Assembly: GCA_015494465.1 (NCBI GenBank)
Contig: WGBD01000008.1
Span: 3,485-67,484, forward strand
Direction of reading: 5' to 3'
Source of the DNA: Candidatus Omnitrophota bacterium
GTDB taxonomy: Bacteria > Omnitrophota > Gorgyraeia > S143-82
Length of the DNA stretch: 64,000 nucleotides
The position numbers and the translations under genes were made by a program. Below, piece by piece: positions 16,577 to 27,516 of this stretch. The notes beneath the pieces were generated by a model. It did no database searches. It was not told the origin of the DNA and was given only the letters and a program-made list of their open reading frames with translations. Every line of letters begins with the position of its first letter. Positions within the stretch are counted from its first letter, which is position 1.

Positions 16577-18475
16577 TCAAGCCAATTCCAGTATAAGGTG
16601 CAACTCGTCGCCATCTAACCGGATAGGCCACAACAAGACTAGACAACTGCCCTGAAAAGTGGCCTCTATCCCCTCTTCGGAGTCGGATACCGTCTGCACC
16701 GGGTAATGGACTACTTTAAAGGGCTTATTAGCAGTATGTAATATATTTATACCATACCATTTATCGTTAAACCAGAATTCTTTGGTCTCTTCAGATATAC
16801 CCGTGCCGGAAGAATACCTTTCGTCGTAAAGGGAGTAATTGAACTCCAGGGCGTAGATCCCTTCACCGGTCCCTGAGGAGAACTTGAGGTCGCATATGAC
16901 CTGTTTATTCCCCACCCGCAGGCGCATCTCACTCAACAGGGCCCCTTCCGCGGTTAGATGCTCCTTCTTGACATAGAGTGCATCCCCCTCTAGACCGCTC
17001 TCTAGAACCCTACCCAGATCCGACTTCAAGTGCTCGTGAGCGAAAAAGTCACTGGGATTTATCCCGTTTGCCAGGTATCCCAGCATAGATGCCCGCGGGT
17101 ACTTGTCGTACTTGAGGATGGACAGGTCTGAGACCTTGGACATGTTCAAGTCGTGTATGCTTACCACCCCTTCCGGAGTGCAGGACTGATTCGTCTTCTG
17201 CCTGAGCTTTTCGTGATAGGGCTCGTACCTGCGGGTGAGGACATTGGATACATTGACCGCCTTATCCGCCAGGTCCCACTCCAAGATGTGCCCAGCATCG
17301 GAGAAGATCACCTTTTGCTGGTCCGAGGATAGGATCCACTCCTGCCTACCGTCGCAATCGTAGTCTAGACCCACCGGAGGGGTCTTGAACCTACCCGCAC
17401 TCACCTCGGCCAGGATGAGGTTGGAGTAGACGGCGGACCTAAGGTGGTTCAGGTAGAGCCCTCCAAAGACCCCGTGCCAATAGCCACAGTTGCACTGGGC
17501 CTTGTAGAGGTGGGTCTTTGCGGGTGCCTCGTCGGGAAGATCCGCTAAAGAGGCGCTCACCAGGAGCATCCTCTTGTGCATGCGGTTGGACTCCGGGTAC
17601 TTCACCAAAAAGTTGCGGAAGTATCCTCCCGACCACTCCAACATCTCCCGGTAGCTCACGCACGGCAGGTATATCAATCCCGAAGGTGGAAAGCGCCTTA
17701 TGTACTCACTAAAGGTCAGGGTCTCTATCCAATCGCAGGATTCGATGGCAGAAAAGAACTTCTCCAACCATCCTTCCTGATAGACCCACTTGTGGGTCCC
17801 GGGCCACATGCCGAACTTCTCACCGTCGTCCCCAAATGTTATCCCTCGAAATCCTGCCTCCAACTTTGAGCGGAGGTAGGTTACGGTTTCCTCTGGTAAC
17901 TTGAACGGCATGTAGTACCTCAGCCTCTCCGAAGTGGGAAAGACGAAGAGGCGTTTGTTCTCGTCCTCAGAGACATAATATCCGTCCAGAGACTCTACAT
18001 CCCTCCCAACCGAGGCGAAGTGACTGTCGTCGACTATAGTAAACTTGACCCCTGCCTGGGAAAGGATGGCGGGGACCTTCGGCTCCCAGATCCTCTCCGC
18101 CAGCCAGGCCCCATTCGGGGAGCAACCGAATCTATCCACCACATACTCGGAGAGCCTCTTCACCTGTGAGAGGGCATCCTGTTCGGGCAGTAAGGTGAGG
18201 ATGGGTTCGTAGAATCCACCAGTAAGGACCTCTACCTGTCCTCGTTCCACCAATGCCCTTATCCGATCCAAGAACTCAGGATGGCGACTCTCTAGCCACT
18301 CCAAGAGCGGACCAGTGTAGTGTAAGGCAAGGCGGATATTTGGATGCCTCTCTAATACATCCAGAAACGGCCTATAGGCTACATCGTAACCGTGAGCAAA
18401 GACGCTTTCGAAGTTCCCCACTGGTTGATGGCAGTGTATCGCCATCAAGAGGTAGATCTTATCCCCCATCGGCAC
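16577..18475 (-). CDS. Glycoside hydrolase family 57 enzyme (4-alpha-glucanotransferase / alpha-amylase type)
   Basis: N-terminal LLMAIHCHQPVGNF and the overall length and composition are typical of GH57 (HQP motif, catalytic Glu/Asp regions). Confidence 0.85.
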   Translation of the reverse strand: MPMGDKIYLLMAIHCHQPVGNFESVFAHGYDVAYRPFLDVLERHPNIRLALHYTGPLLEWLESRHPEFLDRIRALVERGQVEVLTGGFYEPILTLLPEQDALSQVKRLSEYVVDRFGCSPNGAWLAERIWEPKVPAILSQAGVKFTIVDDSHFASVGRDVESLDGYYVSEDENKRLFVFPTSERLRYYMPFKLPEETVTYLRSKLEAGFRGITFGDDGEKFGMWPGTHKWVYQEGWLEKFFSAIESCDWIETLTFSEYIRRFPPSGLIYLPCVSYREMLEWSGGYFRNFLVKYPESNRMHKRMLLVSASLADLPDEAPAKTHLYKAQCNCGYWHGVFGGLYLNHLRSAVYSNLILAEVSAGRFKTPPVGLDYDCDGRQEWILSSDQQKVIFSDAGHILEWDLADKAVNVSNVLTRRYEPYHEKLRQKTNQSCTPEGVVSIHDLNMSKVSDLSILKYDKYPRASMLGYLANGINPSDFFAHEHLKSDLGRVLESGLEGDALYVKKEHLTAEGALLSEMRLRVGNKQVICDLKFSSGTGEGIYALEFNYSLYDERYSSGTGISEETKEFWFNDKWYGINILHTANKPFKVVHYPVQTVSDSEEGIEATFQGSCLVLLWPIRLDGDELHLILELA

Positions 18476-18514
18476 CCCCTAATTGAATAAAGATCCAAGC
18501 CATTGAAGTTACTA

Positions 18515-18548
18515 ATATTATAACGGAAAGATGAGGGATAATCTAACC
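18515..18548 (-). promoter_or_regulatory. Possible sigma70-like promoter (TTAGAT-N18-TATAAT on the minus strand) about 40 nt upstream of the GH57 gene
   Basis: The reverse complement of 18517-18523 is TTATAAT. The reverse complement of 18541-18546 is TTAGAT, at about 18 nt spacing. It sits in the short gap between two minus-strand genes. Confidence 0.25.
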
Positions 18549-18554
18549 AAAAGC

Positions 18555-20732
18555 CTAGAACATGGCCCGCAGTAGGATACCTCCTACCTGGCCTGGTTTA
18601 CGCTGGTAAGCCTTTGTCAGCCCGGGATACACGAGAGAGGAGATGAGCTCACGCACCTTTTGGTCCAGGATAGCTCCCTCGTTCTGCTTTGCCCATCCGG
18701 TAAGCTCGTCCACCGCCTCGTTGGATACATTCCTGCTCACCAGCCAGTCGGCGAGCAAGAAGAGCCGAGCGTCGTCGCTCAGTTCTTTGCGGGAGGATAG
18801 GGCGGATAGAAAGTCCCTTAACTTACTGCGGTACAGCCCTGCCTCTTCTTCGCTAAAGAGGAGCTCGGCCAGGCCATCCACATCCCCTTTAGCGGTCAGC
18901 GTCCGCAGTTCGTCTATCAATTCCTTATTAAAGCCCCTCCCTCCTCTCAATCCCAAGACCCCGATACCTATGCCAGGCAATAACGCTAGGGCAGAGACGA
19001 CTCCAGCGGTGGCGTCCAGGCGGTTCTGGAGAAGCCCTACGAGGTTGGCCACATCGACCGTGCTTTCCACCGGTAGCGTTCCCATCGCCATAGCAGTTGC
19101 GGATAGGCCTGCCAAAAGTCCCAAGGAGGCAATTATCACCGGCAAGAAGTCCCCGTGCCCTCCTATTCGTCTTATCCTACTTAAGGCTATCAACAACCCT
19201 ATCGCTCCTGTAACGACCAGGCCGTTCTCCTTGAAAAAGGCCTTAAGGCTGGAAAGGAGTCCGGGTTGCTGGAGACCTTCTAACGCGTTCCCGTAGTGCT
19301 GGAGTACCGCGTTGGCCAGGAAGGCGTATCGCTCGGTTAGGGGGATGCGAAGTATAGAGATGTTCTCATTTTGGAATATAACCTCTCCGGAATTGAGGAG
19401 GGAAAGAACCTCATCCCTCGCCACTCCGGTCACATGAGATATGTTCGAGGCCAAAGAAGGGATGTCTACATGGGCCTGCAGACCGATGTAGAGCTGATCG
19501 CCGATACTTCCGAAGACGACGGAGTGCTGGGCCAAGGCGGTTTGGATGGCATCCACTATCGCATCTTGCCCCACTCCTAGCGCCACTCCGCCCATTATCG
19601 TGAGCAAACCGCCAACCGCTATAACCGGGACGAGCCAGGATGAGAGTTTTTTGGTGCTCTCTTTGGACAAGCGCCTTTTGCCCTTCTCCACATTTACTTC
19701 CGTGCTCTCCTTTATCCCACTTCTCTCTTCTATCCGAGCCCCTACATCTGGCACCGGATTGTTGCCGGGTTTATCCGGCTCAAAGGCACCAGCAAGGACC
19801 ACACCACCGGTGTAGAACTCCCACCCTTCGCCGTAGTCCTCCCACATACTTCGCTTGTACATGGCGACATACTGCTCGAGATATTCCCTCGGACTCCAGG
19901 GGTGATCCGAACGCAGACCCCCTACCGCGCCACTGTCGACCAGCTGATCGAATACGAAGTCTATACGGTCCTTGGCATACTTCTTATACCACTGGGCAAT
20001 TATGCAGGCCCTGTAGACCTGACGCAGGAGGGCGTACCTGTCGTCGTGATTGACCACATACACCAGCTCCGGAACCAACTGCGACTCTATCAATCCCCGG
20101 GCATAACTCCACACCCTATGGGCAGGTCCGGGGGCCCTTGGCTCCTTTAACTCGAACATCACATCCAGGTCCGCCTTGTCTATGATGATCCCGTTCCGGG
20201 AGAAGTAGGTCGAGATCTCCCCAGGCACTATCCAGAATCTGGGATTGAGCTCGAGGTCAACTCCCTCCGGTGCCACGCTGTAAGAGTAATCCATCACCTG
20301 ACTCCAGAGATCAATCCTCTTGGCCAACCTATCCACATCCTTCTTGAGTTGGACATCGGAGTACATCAGGACTTTGCCTAGGTCGGTGTAGAGGAGCTCG
20401 TGTCCCATCACATTCAGATCGTTGAGGAGGATGTTGAGGTTCACCCAGAGGTGGTCATCGGGTATGGCAAGGGCCAAGAGAAAAAAACGGAGGTTGAATT
20501 CCCGTTCCCGATCGCTTAGGGCCTCGGACTTCCCCGAATCCCAGAGAAAAGAAACCCTATTTCCGTCTATCTCGACCGCCTTAAGGTAGGCACTGGGCAT
20601 GTACCCCAACACCTGCTGGACGGAGGGATAATCCACTACGACCGGGATAGCCCCCCATCCGGTCAACCCATCGAAGATAAGAACGAGCGCCAGCACAAGA
20701 CTAAGCCATCTAAACCGCCGAGCCAAGCTCAT
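18555..20732 (-). CDS. Hypothetical 725-aa membrane protein with a signal/anchor, a roughly 340-aa extracytoplasmic domain, and a Gly/Ala-rich multi-TM C-terminal half
   Basis: Long uninterrupted ORF with a hydrophobic N-terminus (WLSLVLALVLIF) and repeated glycine-rich hydrophobic helices (VPVIAVGGLLTIMGGVALGVG, LLPGIGIGVLGL). No recognised catalytic motif. Confidence 0.55.
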   Translation of the reverse strand: MSLARRFRWLSLVLALVLIFDGLTGWGAIPVVVDYPSVQQVLGYMPSAYLKAVEIDGNRVSFLWDSGKSEALSDREREFNLRFFLLALAIPDDHLWVNLNILLNDLNVMGHELLYTDLGKVLMYSDVQLKKDVDRLAKRIDLWSQVMDYSYSVAPEGVDLELNPRFWIVPGEISTYFSRNGIIIDKADLDVMFELKEPRAPGPAHRVWSYARGLIESQLVPELVYVVNHDDRYALLRQVYRACIIAQWYKKYAKDRIDFVFDQLVDSGAVGGLRSDHPWSPREYLEQYVAMYKRSMWEDYGEGWEFYTGGVVLAGAFEPDKPGNNPVPDVGARIEERSGIKESTEVNVEKGKRRLSKESTKKLSSWLVPVIAVGGLLTIMGGVALGVGQDAIVDAIQTALAQHSVVFGSIGDQLYIGLQAHVDIPSLASNISHVTGVARDEVLSLLNSGEVIFQNENISILRIPLTERYAFLANAVLQHYGNALEGLQQPGLLSSLKAFFKENGLVVTGAIGLLIALSRIRRIGGHGDFLPVIIASLGLLAGLSATAMAMGTLPVESTVDVANLVGLLQNRLDATAGVVSALALLPGIGIGVLGLRGGRGFNKELIDELRTLTAKGDVDGLAELLFSEEEAGLYRSKLRDFLSALSSRKELSDDARLFLLADWLVSRNVSNEAVDELTGWAKQNEGAILDQKVRELISSLVYPGLTKAYQRKPGQVGGILLRAMF

Positions 20733-20807
20733 ACATCCTCCTTAAAGGGCAACACCACCTCCCCCGTTATTCGAAAGTATAACCTAGCCCGAGCGAAAAA
20801 TCAACTT

Positions 20808-21335
20808 GTGCCCCTCGCAAACGACGGGTATCTTAACCTTATGAGGCAAAACCGACTCTACGACCCAATAAGGGCGATCCACTACAGGTGCGGGGAGCTG
20901 GGGCTTTCTCTGGGCTGTGCGGAGTCCATAACCTTGGGCAAACTCACCAGCGCCCTGGGAAGCGTACCCGGTGCCTCCAAGATCCTGAAAGGCGGGATCG
21001 TGGCCTATCAGGATAGCGCTAAAGTGCGGATACTGAGGATAGATCCCGCCCTCCTGCAGACCTTCTCCGCGGTATCACCAGAGGTTTGTGAAGAGATGGC
21101 AAGGAACCTCCTCGAGGTGCTGGACTGCGACATCGCCCTCTCCACCACCGGATACGCAGGGCCTCCGCAAGGAGACGAAGAGGTGGGATTGGTCTATCTC
21201 GGGCTTGCCTCTCGAAATGAGATCGTACCTTTCAGAATAGAGGAACTGCACCTGACCGGCGGTCGGGAAGATATACAGGATAAAACTGTAGTCAGGGCGG
21301 TGGAGATCCTATGGGAGGAGATAAGCAGACTGTGA
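20808..21335 (+). CDS. CinA C-terminal domain protein / nicotinamide-nucleotide amidohydrolase PncC family
   Basis: LSLGCAESITLGKLTSAL, GGIVAYQDSAKV and TGYAGPPQG match the CinA/PncC domain consensus (AESCTGG, GGVVAYSN, TGIAGP). Confidence 0.8.
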   Translation: MPLANDGYLNLMRQNRLYDPIRAIHYRCGELGLSLGCAESITLGKLTSALGSVPGASKILKGGIVAYQDSAKVRILRIDPALLQTFSAVSPEVCEEMARNLLEVLDCDIALSTTGYAGPPQGDEEVGLVYLGLASRNEIVPFRIEELHLTGGREDIQDKTVVRAVEILWEEISRL

Positions 21336-21877
21336 GGCTGTTTATCGCCTTTGCCCTCAAAGAAGAGGCAAAGCGGGAGATATTCTCGCTCTACCGCTCT
21401 CTCTCCCAAGAGAGGCAGATAAAGTGGGTGGAAAAGGAGAACCTCCACGCGACTATCGTCTTCTTGGGCAGTACGCCGGTGAAGAAGGTGGAGAAGATCA
21501 AAAGGATTCTGGACCGGATCCCATTGCCTCAGCCATCACCGATACTGATAGACGAGTTGGGGGGATTCCCCTCTTTATCCCGTCCTCGGGTGATCTGGAT
21601 AGGACCGAGCCATACCCCTCCGTGGACGAGCGAGGTCTTCCAGCGGATAACCGGGGCTCTAAAGCAGGGGCACATAGCCTTCGACGCCAAGCCCAAGTTC
21701 GTCTTCCACATCACCCTGGGCAGAGTCAGACGACCATCGCCCCGCCTTGCTGAGATCACCTCGCGAATAGAGGCCCCAGAGATAGAACTGCTCTGCGATG
21801 AGATCTGCCTGTTCCAGAGCCACCTTTCCCGATCGGGACCGGTCTACGAGGTAATACACTCCCGAAAGATGCCTTAG
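21311..21877 (+). CDS. thpR: RNA 2',3'-cyclic phosphodiesterase (2H phosphoesterase, LigT/ThpR family)
   Basis: Two H-x-T-x motifs (LHATIVFLG and FHITLGR) at the expected spacing in a 188-aa protein. Confidence 0.85.
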   Translation: MGGDKQTVRLFIAFALKEEAKREIFSLYRSLSQERQIKWVEKENLHATIVFLGSTPVKKVEKIKRILDRIPLPQPSPILIDELGGFPSLSRPRVIWIGPSHTPPWTSEVFQRITGALKQGHIAFDAKPKFVFHITLGRVRRPSPRLAEITSRIEAPEIELLCDEICLFQSHLSRSGPVYEVIHSRKMP

Positions 21878-22098
21878 AGATAACTGTCGCAGACGGGACA
21901 CTTTGAGGGGCCTTTTCTGTCTTGGCCGGATTCCAATATCGCCCCGCAATAAGGACAACGACGGTACTCCGGATGGCCCTTTTCAGTTTCAGGAGGGCCC
22001 GAATCCTCGTCAACCGAGGTTGCCCACAGCAACACGAACAACAGGGACACCAACAGTATCCCCAAGGCCATCCACACCGACACCGGCACCGCGACCAT
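21874..22098 (-). CDS. Small membrane-anchored zinc-ribbon protein (74 aa)
   Basis: One TM helix (VWMALGILLVSLLFVLLWA) followed by CPYC...CPVC. It sits at the end of the M42 peptidase operon and its stop overlaps the thpR stop convergently. Confidence 0.45.
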   Translation of the reverse strand: MVAVPVSVWMALGILLVSLLFVLLWATSVDEDSGPPETEKGHPEYRRCPYCGAILESGQDRKGPSKCPVCDSYL

Positions 22099-22104
22099 CG
22101 CCGT

Positions 22105-23181
22105 CTACCACAGGGTCCAGTCCTCTTCACCGGAGATGGCGGAGACGAAGTCCGCTATCAATCGGACGCAGTTCTCCAGATCCCTAAAGTCCGCCATCTC
22201 CACCGGCGTGTGCATGTACCGCAAGGGAATGCTCACCAACCCGGTCGCCACCCCTGCCCGGGTGAGCTGGATGGGATTGGCATCGGTGCCCGTCGCCCGG
22301 GGTATGCCCTCCACCTGATAAGGTATCTCCTGAAGTTCCGCCACCTCCTTTAGGCGCTTGAAGACTATGGGGCTTATGTTTGGGCCCCGGGCTATAACCG
22401 GTCCCTTGCCGAGGGTGATCTCGCCCACCTTTTTCTTCTCCACCCCTGGATAATCGGTGGCAAAGGTGACGTCCACCGCTATGCCCACCTGAGGATCTAT
22501 ACCAAAGGCGCTGGTCTTGGCGCCTCTCAATCCAATCTCCTCCTGCACCGTCGCCACCCCGTAGACCGACACATTCAGATCCCGCTCCGAAAGCACCTCC
22601 AGCACCCGCGCCACCACATAGGCACCACTGCGATCGTCCAATGCCTTGGATACCACCCGGTCGTTTACCTCCCAGAACTCCACCCACGGCACCGCAACGT
22701 CGCCTATTTCCACCATCTTCAAGGCGGATTCCCTATTCTCCGCGCCTATGTCGATGAACAAGGTGTCTATCTTGGGGCACTTCTGAAGTTCCTCCCGCTC
22801 CATCAGGTGGATAGGCTTCTTGCCAATCACACCCTTTACAAACCCGTTTGCGGTCTTTATCTTGACCCGTTGTCCGGGAACGAGGTTGGGATCAATTCCC
22901 CCTATCGGGGAGAAGTACAGAAATCCGTTCTCGTCCACATAGCGTATCATGAATCCTATCTCGTCGATGTGTCCGGTGATGAGCACCTTGACATCGTGCC
23001 CGGGATTGACGCAGGCAATGGCGTTGCCGTGGACATCACCCTTTACATCCGCAAACCTGCTTACATAGTCTTTCCATACGGAGACCGCCTCTTCCTCGTA
23101 GCCCGACGGCCCCACCGCAGAACAGAGATCTTCCAGAAACTTTACCTTCTCCCCGAACTCCTCTATAAGCATAGCGGGCAC
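22105..23181 (-). CDS. M42 family metallo-aminopeptidase (FrvX/CelM/TET-like)
   Basis: VLITGHIDEIGFMIRYVDENGFLYFSPIGGI and the overall architecture are typical of M42 glutamyl aminopeptidases. Confidence 0.85.
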   Translation of the reverse strand: MPAMLIEEFGEKVKFLEDLCSAVGPSGYEEEAVSVWKDYVSRFADVKGDVHGNAIACVNPGHDVKVLITGHIDEIGFMIRYVDENGFLYFSPIGGIDPNLVPGQRVKIKTANGFVKGVIGKKPIHLMEREELQKCPKIDTLFIDIGAENRESALKMVEIGDVAVPWVEFWEVNDRVVSKALDDRSGAYVVARVLEVLSERDLNVSVYGVATVQEEIGLRGAKTSAFGIDPQVGIAVDVTFATDYPGVEKKKVGEITLGKGPVIARGPNISPIVFKRLKEVAELQEIPYQVEGIPRATGTDANPIQLTRAGVATGLVSIPLRYMHTPVEMADFRDLENCVRLIADFVSAISGEEDWTLW

Positions 23182-23186
23182 CTCCG

Positions 23187-26100
23187 TTATCGGGTCTTTA
23201 GGTTATAATAATCCTGAATGCTCCTGACCTCAAGGTTCCCTTCTTTAAGCCTGCGAATCGCCTCTATAGAGGCATAGGCCCCGGCTATGGTGGTAATACA
23301 AGGGACCCCGTGCAGGATGGCGGTGGAGCGGATCTTCACCTCGTCCTTGCGAGGGATCCTCCCCGAAGGGGTGTTGATGATCAACTTCAACTCGCCGTTC
23401 TTTATGTAGTCCAAGGTATTGGGACGGCCCTCTGCCAGCCTCGGAACCATCCTTACCTTCAATCCCTTCCCTGCCAGATAGTTGGCAGTACCCTTGGTGG
23501 ATATAACCTCGAATCCCATTTCCAGAAGGGCCTTCACCACTCCCACCACGCCGGGCTTATCCGCATCCCTCACGCTGACGAATACGAGGCCCTCGGTGGG
23601 GAGGTTCTGTCCTGCAGCTATCTGGGACTTGAGGTAGGCGGTGCCGACATCCTTGTCTATCCCCATCACCTCACCGGTAGAGCGCATCTCCGGACTGAGT
23701 ATTATGTCCACTCCGGGGAATCGGTTGAAGGGGAACACCGACTCCTTCACTGCGTAATAGCCTTTTGGCCAGCGCTCCTCGGTAAAGCCCAGATCCTTCA
23801 ACTTCTCTCCCAGCATCACCTTCGTAGCCAACTTTGCCAAGGGCACACCTATTGCCTTGCTGATAAAGGGTATCGTCCGCGAGGCCCGGGGGTTTACCTC
23901 CAAGACATAGACCTGCCCGTCCTTTATGGCGTACTGGACATTCATAAGGCCAACGATGTGCAGTTCCTCTGCCAGGGCGTAGGTCGCCCGTCTTATCTCC
24001 TCGAGTATATCCTCGTCGAGACTGTGCGGGGGAAGGACCATAGCAGAATCCCCAGAGTGGACACCTGCGTACTCTATGTGCTCCAGTATCCCGCCTATGA
24101 CTGCAGTTTCACCGTCGCTTATGAGGTCAACATCTACCTCTATCGCATCCTCGAGGAACTTGTCTATCAGTACCGGTCGCCTCTCGGAAACATCCACCGC
24201 GGATACCATGTACTTCTCCAGAGAGGCCTCGTCGTAGACTATCTCCATCGCCCGTCCACCTAGTACATACGAGGGTCTCAAGAGAACCGGATATCCGATG
24301 GAGCGGGCAATCTCCTTGGCCTCTTCCACATCGACCGCTATGCCGTTGGGAGGCTGTTTCAGCCCCAACTTCTCCAGAAGGGCCTTGAACTTGTCCCTGT
24401 CCTCTGCCCTGTCTATCGCCTCGGCAGAGGTTCCCAGAATCTTCACACCTGCATCCCGCAGGGGCACGGATATGTTCAGAGGCGTCTGCCCGCCCAACTG
24501 GACGATTACCCCGTAGGGCCTCTCCATCTCTACGATGTTCAACACATCCTCAAAGGTGAGCGGTTCAAAGAACAACTTGTCGGAAGTATCGTAATCAGTG
24601 GAGACGGTCTCGGGATTGGAGTTCACCATTATGGACTGATATCCCATCTCCTTCAGGGCAAATGAGGCGTGGACACAGCAATAGTCGAACTCTATCCCCT
24701 GCCCTATCCTGTTGGGACCACCACCAAGGATGACCACCTTCTTGACATCCTTCACCCGGCTTTCGTCTTCCCTGTCGTAGCAGGAGTAGAAGTAAGGGGT
24801 GTAGGCCTCAAACTCCGCGGAGCAGGTGTCCACCAGTTTGTAGGTGGGCCTCACCTCCAAGGCCTTGCGCTTATCCCTCAACTCCGTCTCCTTTATCCCC
24901 CACTTGTAGGCCAGATATCGGTCGGAGAATCCCATCTCCTTGGCTTGACGCAGGGTCTCAAGGTCTACCTCCAGGAAGGACATGTTGCTCAACCTCTGAT
25001 CGAACTCCACTATCTGCCTTATGTTGTCGAGAAACCAGGGGTCTATAGAAGTAATCTCGTAAATCTCCTCTACCGAGACGCCCTTGTTTATGGCCTCGGC
25101 TATCTGGAATATCCTCTCCGGGGTAGGCCGGCTCATGGCGATGCGCAGTTCCTCCACATCCATCGCCTTTATCTTCCTGGCCATAGGGGATCCGTCGTCG
25201 AGCAGACCGAACCTGCCTATCTCCAGCGATCGAATCGCCTTCTGCAGGGCCTCCTTAAAGGTCCTGCCGATGGCCATCACCTCGCCCACCGACTTCATGG
25301 AGGTGGTCAAGACCGGCTCACTCCCCGGGAACTTCTCAAAGGCCCACCGCGGGAACTTCACCACGCAGTAGTCCAGCACCGGCTCAAAAGAGGCGGGCGT
25401 CTCGCGGGTGATGTCGTTGGGAATCTCGTCCAGTGTGTATCCCACCGCCAGCTTGGCAGCGATACGGGCTATAGGGAAGCCCGTCGCCTTGGAGGCAAGG
25501 GCAGAGGAACGCGAGACCCGGGGGTTCATCTCTATAACCACCATTCGCCCGTCCTTAGGGTTCACCGCAAACTGGATGTTGCTTCCCCCGGTGTCCACGC
25601 CTATCTCCCGTATCACCTTTATCGCTGCGGTGCGCATACGCTGGTACTCCTTATCGGTAAGGGTCTGGGCGGGAGCAACGGTGATGCTGTCGCCGGTGTG
25701 GATGCCCATAGGATCCAGGTTCTCTATCGAACAGATGATCACCACATTGTCGTTCTTGTCCCGCATCACCTCCAACTCGAATTCCTTCCAGCCCTCTACG
25801 GACTCTTCAATTAGTATCTCGTTTATCATACTGTATTCAAGGCCCCGGTTGGCTATCTCCTCGAACTCCTCCACATTGTAGGCCACCCCACCTCCCGTAC
25901 CGCCGAGGGTAAAACTGGGACGGATTATCACCGGGAAGCCTATCTCCTTCACCACCTTCCAGGCCTCTTCCATACTGCGGGCAAAACCGCTCCTCGGCAG
26001 GTCGAGGCCTATCCTCTGCATCGCCTCCTTGAAGAGCTCCCTGTCCTCCGCCTTCTTTATCGCGGTGGGATTGGCACCGATCATCTCAACGCCGTATCTG

Positions 26101-26426
26101 TCCAAAACCCCGCGCTCGTGGAGTTGAATTGCCACATTCAAGGCGGTCTGTCCCCCGAGCGTGGGCAGGAGGGCGTCCGGTCTTTCCTTGGCGATTATCT
26201 TCTCCACGAATTCCGCAGTTATCGGCTCTATGTAGGTGGCATCCGCAAACTCGGGATCGGTCATGATGGTGGCAGGGTTGGAGTTCACCAATACTACCTT
26301 ATACCCCTCTTCCTTGAGTGCCTTGCAGGCCTGAGTGCCCGAATAGTCAAATTCGCAGGCCTGCCCTATCACGATCGGGCCGGATCCTATAATCAGTATC
26401 TTCTTTATGTCCGTGCGCTTAGGCAT
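23187..26426 (-). CDS. carB: Carbamoyl-phosphate synthase large subunit
   Basis: A 1079-aa protein with duplicated ATP-grasp halves, oligomerisation and MGS-like C-terminal domains, and many CarB signatures. Confidence 0.96.
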   Translation of the reverse strand: MPKRTDIKKILIIGSGPIVIGQACEFDYSGTQACKALKEEGYKVVLVNSNPATIMTDPEFADATYIEPITAEFVEKIIAKERPDALLPTLGGQTALNVAIQLHERGVLDRYGVEMIGANPTAIKKAEDRELFKEAMQRIGLDLPRSGFARSMEEAWKVVKEIGFPVIIRPSFTLGGTGGGVAYNVEEFEEIANRGLEYSMINEILIEESVEGWKEFELEVMRDKNDNVVIICSIENLDPMGIHTGDSITVAPAQTLTDKEYQRMRTAAIKVIREIGVDTGGSNIQFAVNPKDGRMVVIEMNPRVSRSSALASKATGFPIARIAAKLAVGYTLDEIPNDITRETPASFEPVLDYCVVKFPRWAFEKFPGSEPVLTTSMKSVGEVMAIGRTFKEALQKAIRSLEIGRFGLLDDGSPMARKIKAMDVEELRIAMSRPTPERIFQIAEAINKGVSVEEIYEITSIDPWFLDNIRQIVEFDQRLSNMSFLEVDLETLRQAKEMGFSDRYLAYKWGIKETELRDKRKALEVRPTYKLVDTCSAEFEAYTPYFYSCYDREDESRVKDVKKVVILGGGPNRIGQGIEFDYCCVHASFALKEMGYQSIMVNSNPETVSTDYDTSDKLFFEPLTFEDVLNIVEMERPYGVIVQLGGQTPLNISVPLRDAGVKILGTSAEAIDRAEDRDKFKALLEKLGLKQPPNGIAVDVEEAKEIARSIGYPVLLRPSYVLGGRAMEIVYDEASLEKYMVSAVDVSERRPVLIDKFLEDAIEVDVDLISDGETAVIGGILEHIEYAGVHSGDSAMVLPPHSLDEDILEEIRRATYALAEELHIVGLMNVQYAIKDGQVYVLEVNPRASRTIPFISKAIGVPLAKLATKVMLGEKLKDLGFTEERWPKGYYAVKESVFPFNRFPGVDIILSPEMRSTGEVMGIDKDVGTAYLKSQIAAGQNLPTEGLVFVSVRDADKPGVVGVVKALLEMGFEVISTKGTANYLAGKGLKVRMVPRLAEGRPNTLDYIKNGELKLIINTPSGRIPRKDEVKIRSTAILHGVPCITTIAGAYASIEAIRRLKEGNLEVRSIQDYYNLKTR

Positions 26427-27504
26427 CTATCGTCTCCTTGAAGCGGGTGAATATGTATCGAGCGTCGAACGGTCCCGGACCTGCCTCAGGATGGAACTGC
26501 ACCGACATAACCCTGTACTTTTTGCTAAATATCCCTTCAAGGGTGCCGTCGTAGAGGTTCTTGTGGGTGATCTGGACCTGAGCAGATGCAAGTGAATCGA
26601 CATCTACGCAGAAGTTGTGGTTCTGGGCAGTGATGTCTATCCGCCCGGTGGCGAGGTCCTTGACCGGATGGTTACCCCCGTGATGTCCAAACTTAAGTTT
26701 ATAGGTCCTCCCTCCCATGGCGATGCCCAATATCTGATGGCCGAGGCATATCCCCCACAACGGGAGTTTGCCCAGAAGGTCTCGGGCCAAAGCTATCGTC
26801 TCCTCCACCGCGGAAGGATCACCCGGTCCGTTGGAGAACAACACCGCATCCGGACCCCAGGCAAGGATCTCCTTTGCGCTGGCGTCCCAAGGGAAAACCC
26901 GTACCTGACGCACCTCCTCGCAGAGGTACTTGAGTATGCTCTTCTTCACCCCGCAATCCACCACCGCAACCCGGAACCTTTCACCGGATCCCTTAAGGTC
27001 GTAGGGCTCGTCGGTGCTGGTGTCCCGAGCGATGTTCCGACCTTCCAGATGGGGACTGTCCTTGATCCTCTTCACCCAGGCCTCTATCCCGTCCATCTCC
27101 GACTCAGGGACTATTGCCCCCTGCATCGCCCCCTGAAGGCGGATGTGCCGGGTAAGGGCCCGGGTATCCACACCGGTTATACCCACGATGTCGTTCTGGC
27201 GCAGGTACTCCTCCAAGGACTGGGTTGCCCGCCAGTTGGAGTACATCTGGGACAACTCCTTTACCACGAACCCGGAAAGCCATATCCTATCCGACTCCAC
27301 ATCCTCGGGATTCACCCCGTAATTCCCGATTAATGGATAGGTCATGGTCACGATCTGGCCGTAGTAGGAGGGATCGGTGAGGATCTCCTGATAGCCGGTC
27401 ATCGAGGTGTTGAAGACGACCTCACCAATGGAGGACCTGACCGCGCCGAAGATCCGCCCGGTCAGATAGAATCCGTCCTCCAGTATCAGAAAACCCGATT
27501 CCAT
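26419..27504 (-). CDS. carA: Carbamoyl-phosphate synthase small subunit (glutamine amidotransferase)
   Basis: CarA N-terminal domain plus a class-I GATase with the catalytic Cys (GICLGHQ). It overlaps the carB start. Confidence 0.95.
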   Translation of the reverse strand: MESGFLILEDGFYLTGRIFGAVRSSIGEVVFNTSMTGYQEILTDPSYYGQIVTMTYPLIGNYGVNPEDVESDRIWLSGFVVKELSQMYSNWRATQSLEEYLRQNDIVGITGVDTRALTRHIRLQGAMQGAIVPESEMDGIEAWVKRIKDSPHLEGRNIARDTSTDEPYDLKGSGERFRVAVVDCGVKKSILKYLCEEVRQVRVFPWDASAKEILAWGPDAVLFSNGPGDPSAVEETIALARDLLGKLPLWGICLGHQILGIAMGGRTYKLKFGHHGGNHPVKDLATGRIDITAQNHNFCVDVDSLASAQVQITHKNLYDGTLEGIFSKKYRVMSVQFHPEAGPGPFDARYIFTRFKETIDA

Positions 27505-27516
27505 CAGGCAGATATT

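Noticed and set aside
22184-22687. 167-aa Gly/Arg-rich minus-strand ORF and the plus-strand ORFs 21903..22187 and 21922..22353
   Set aside because: They are antisense or out of frame with respect to the M42 peptidase gene (22105..23181). Their composition is extremely biased (poly-G/R/P), characteristic of spurious high-GC ORFs.
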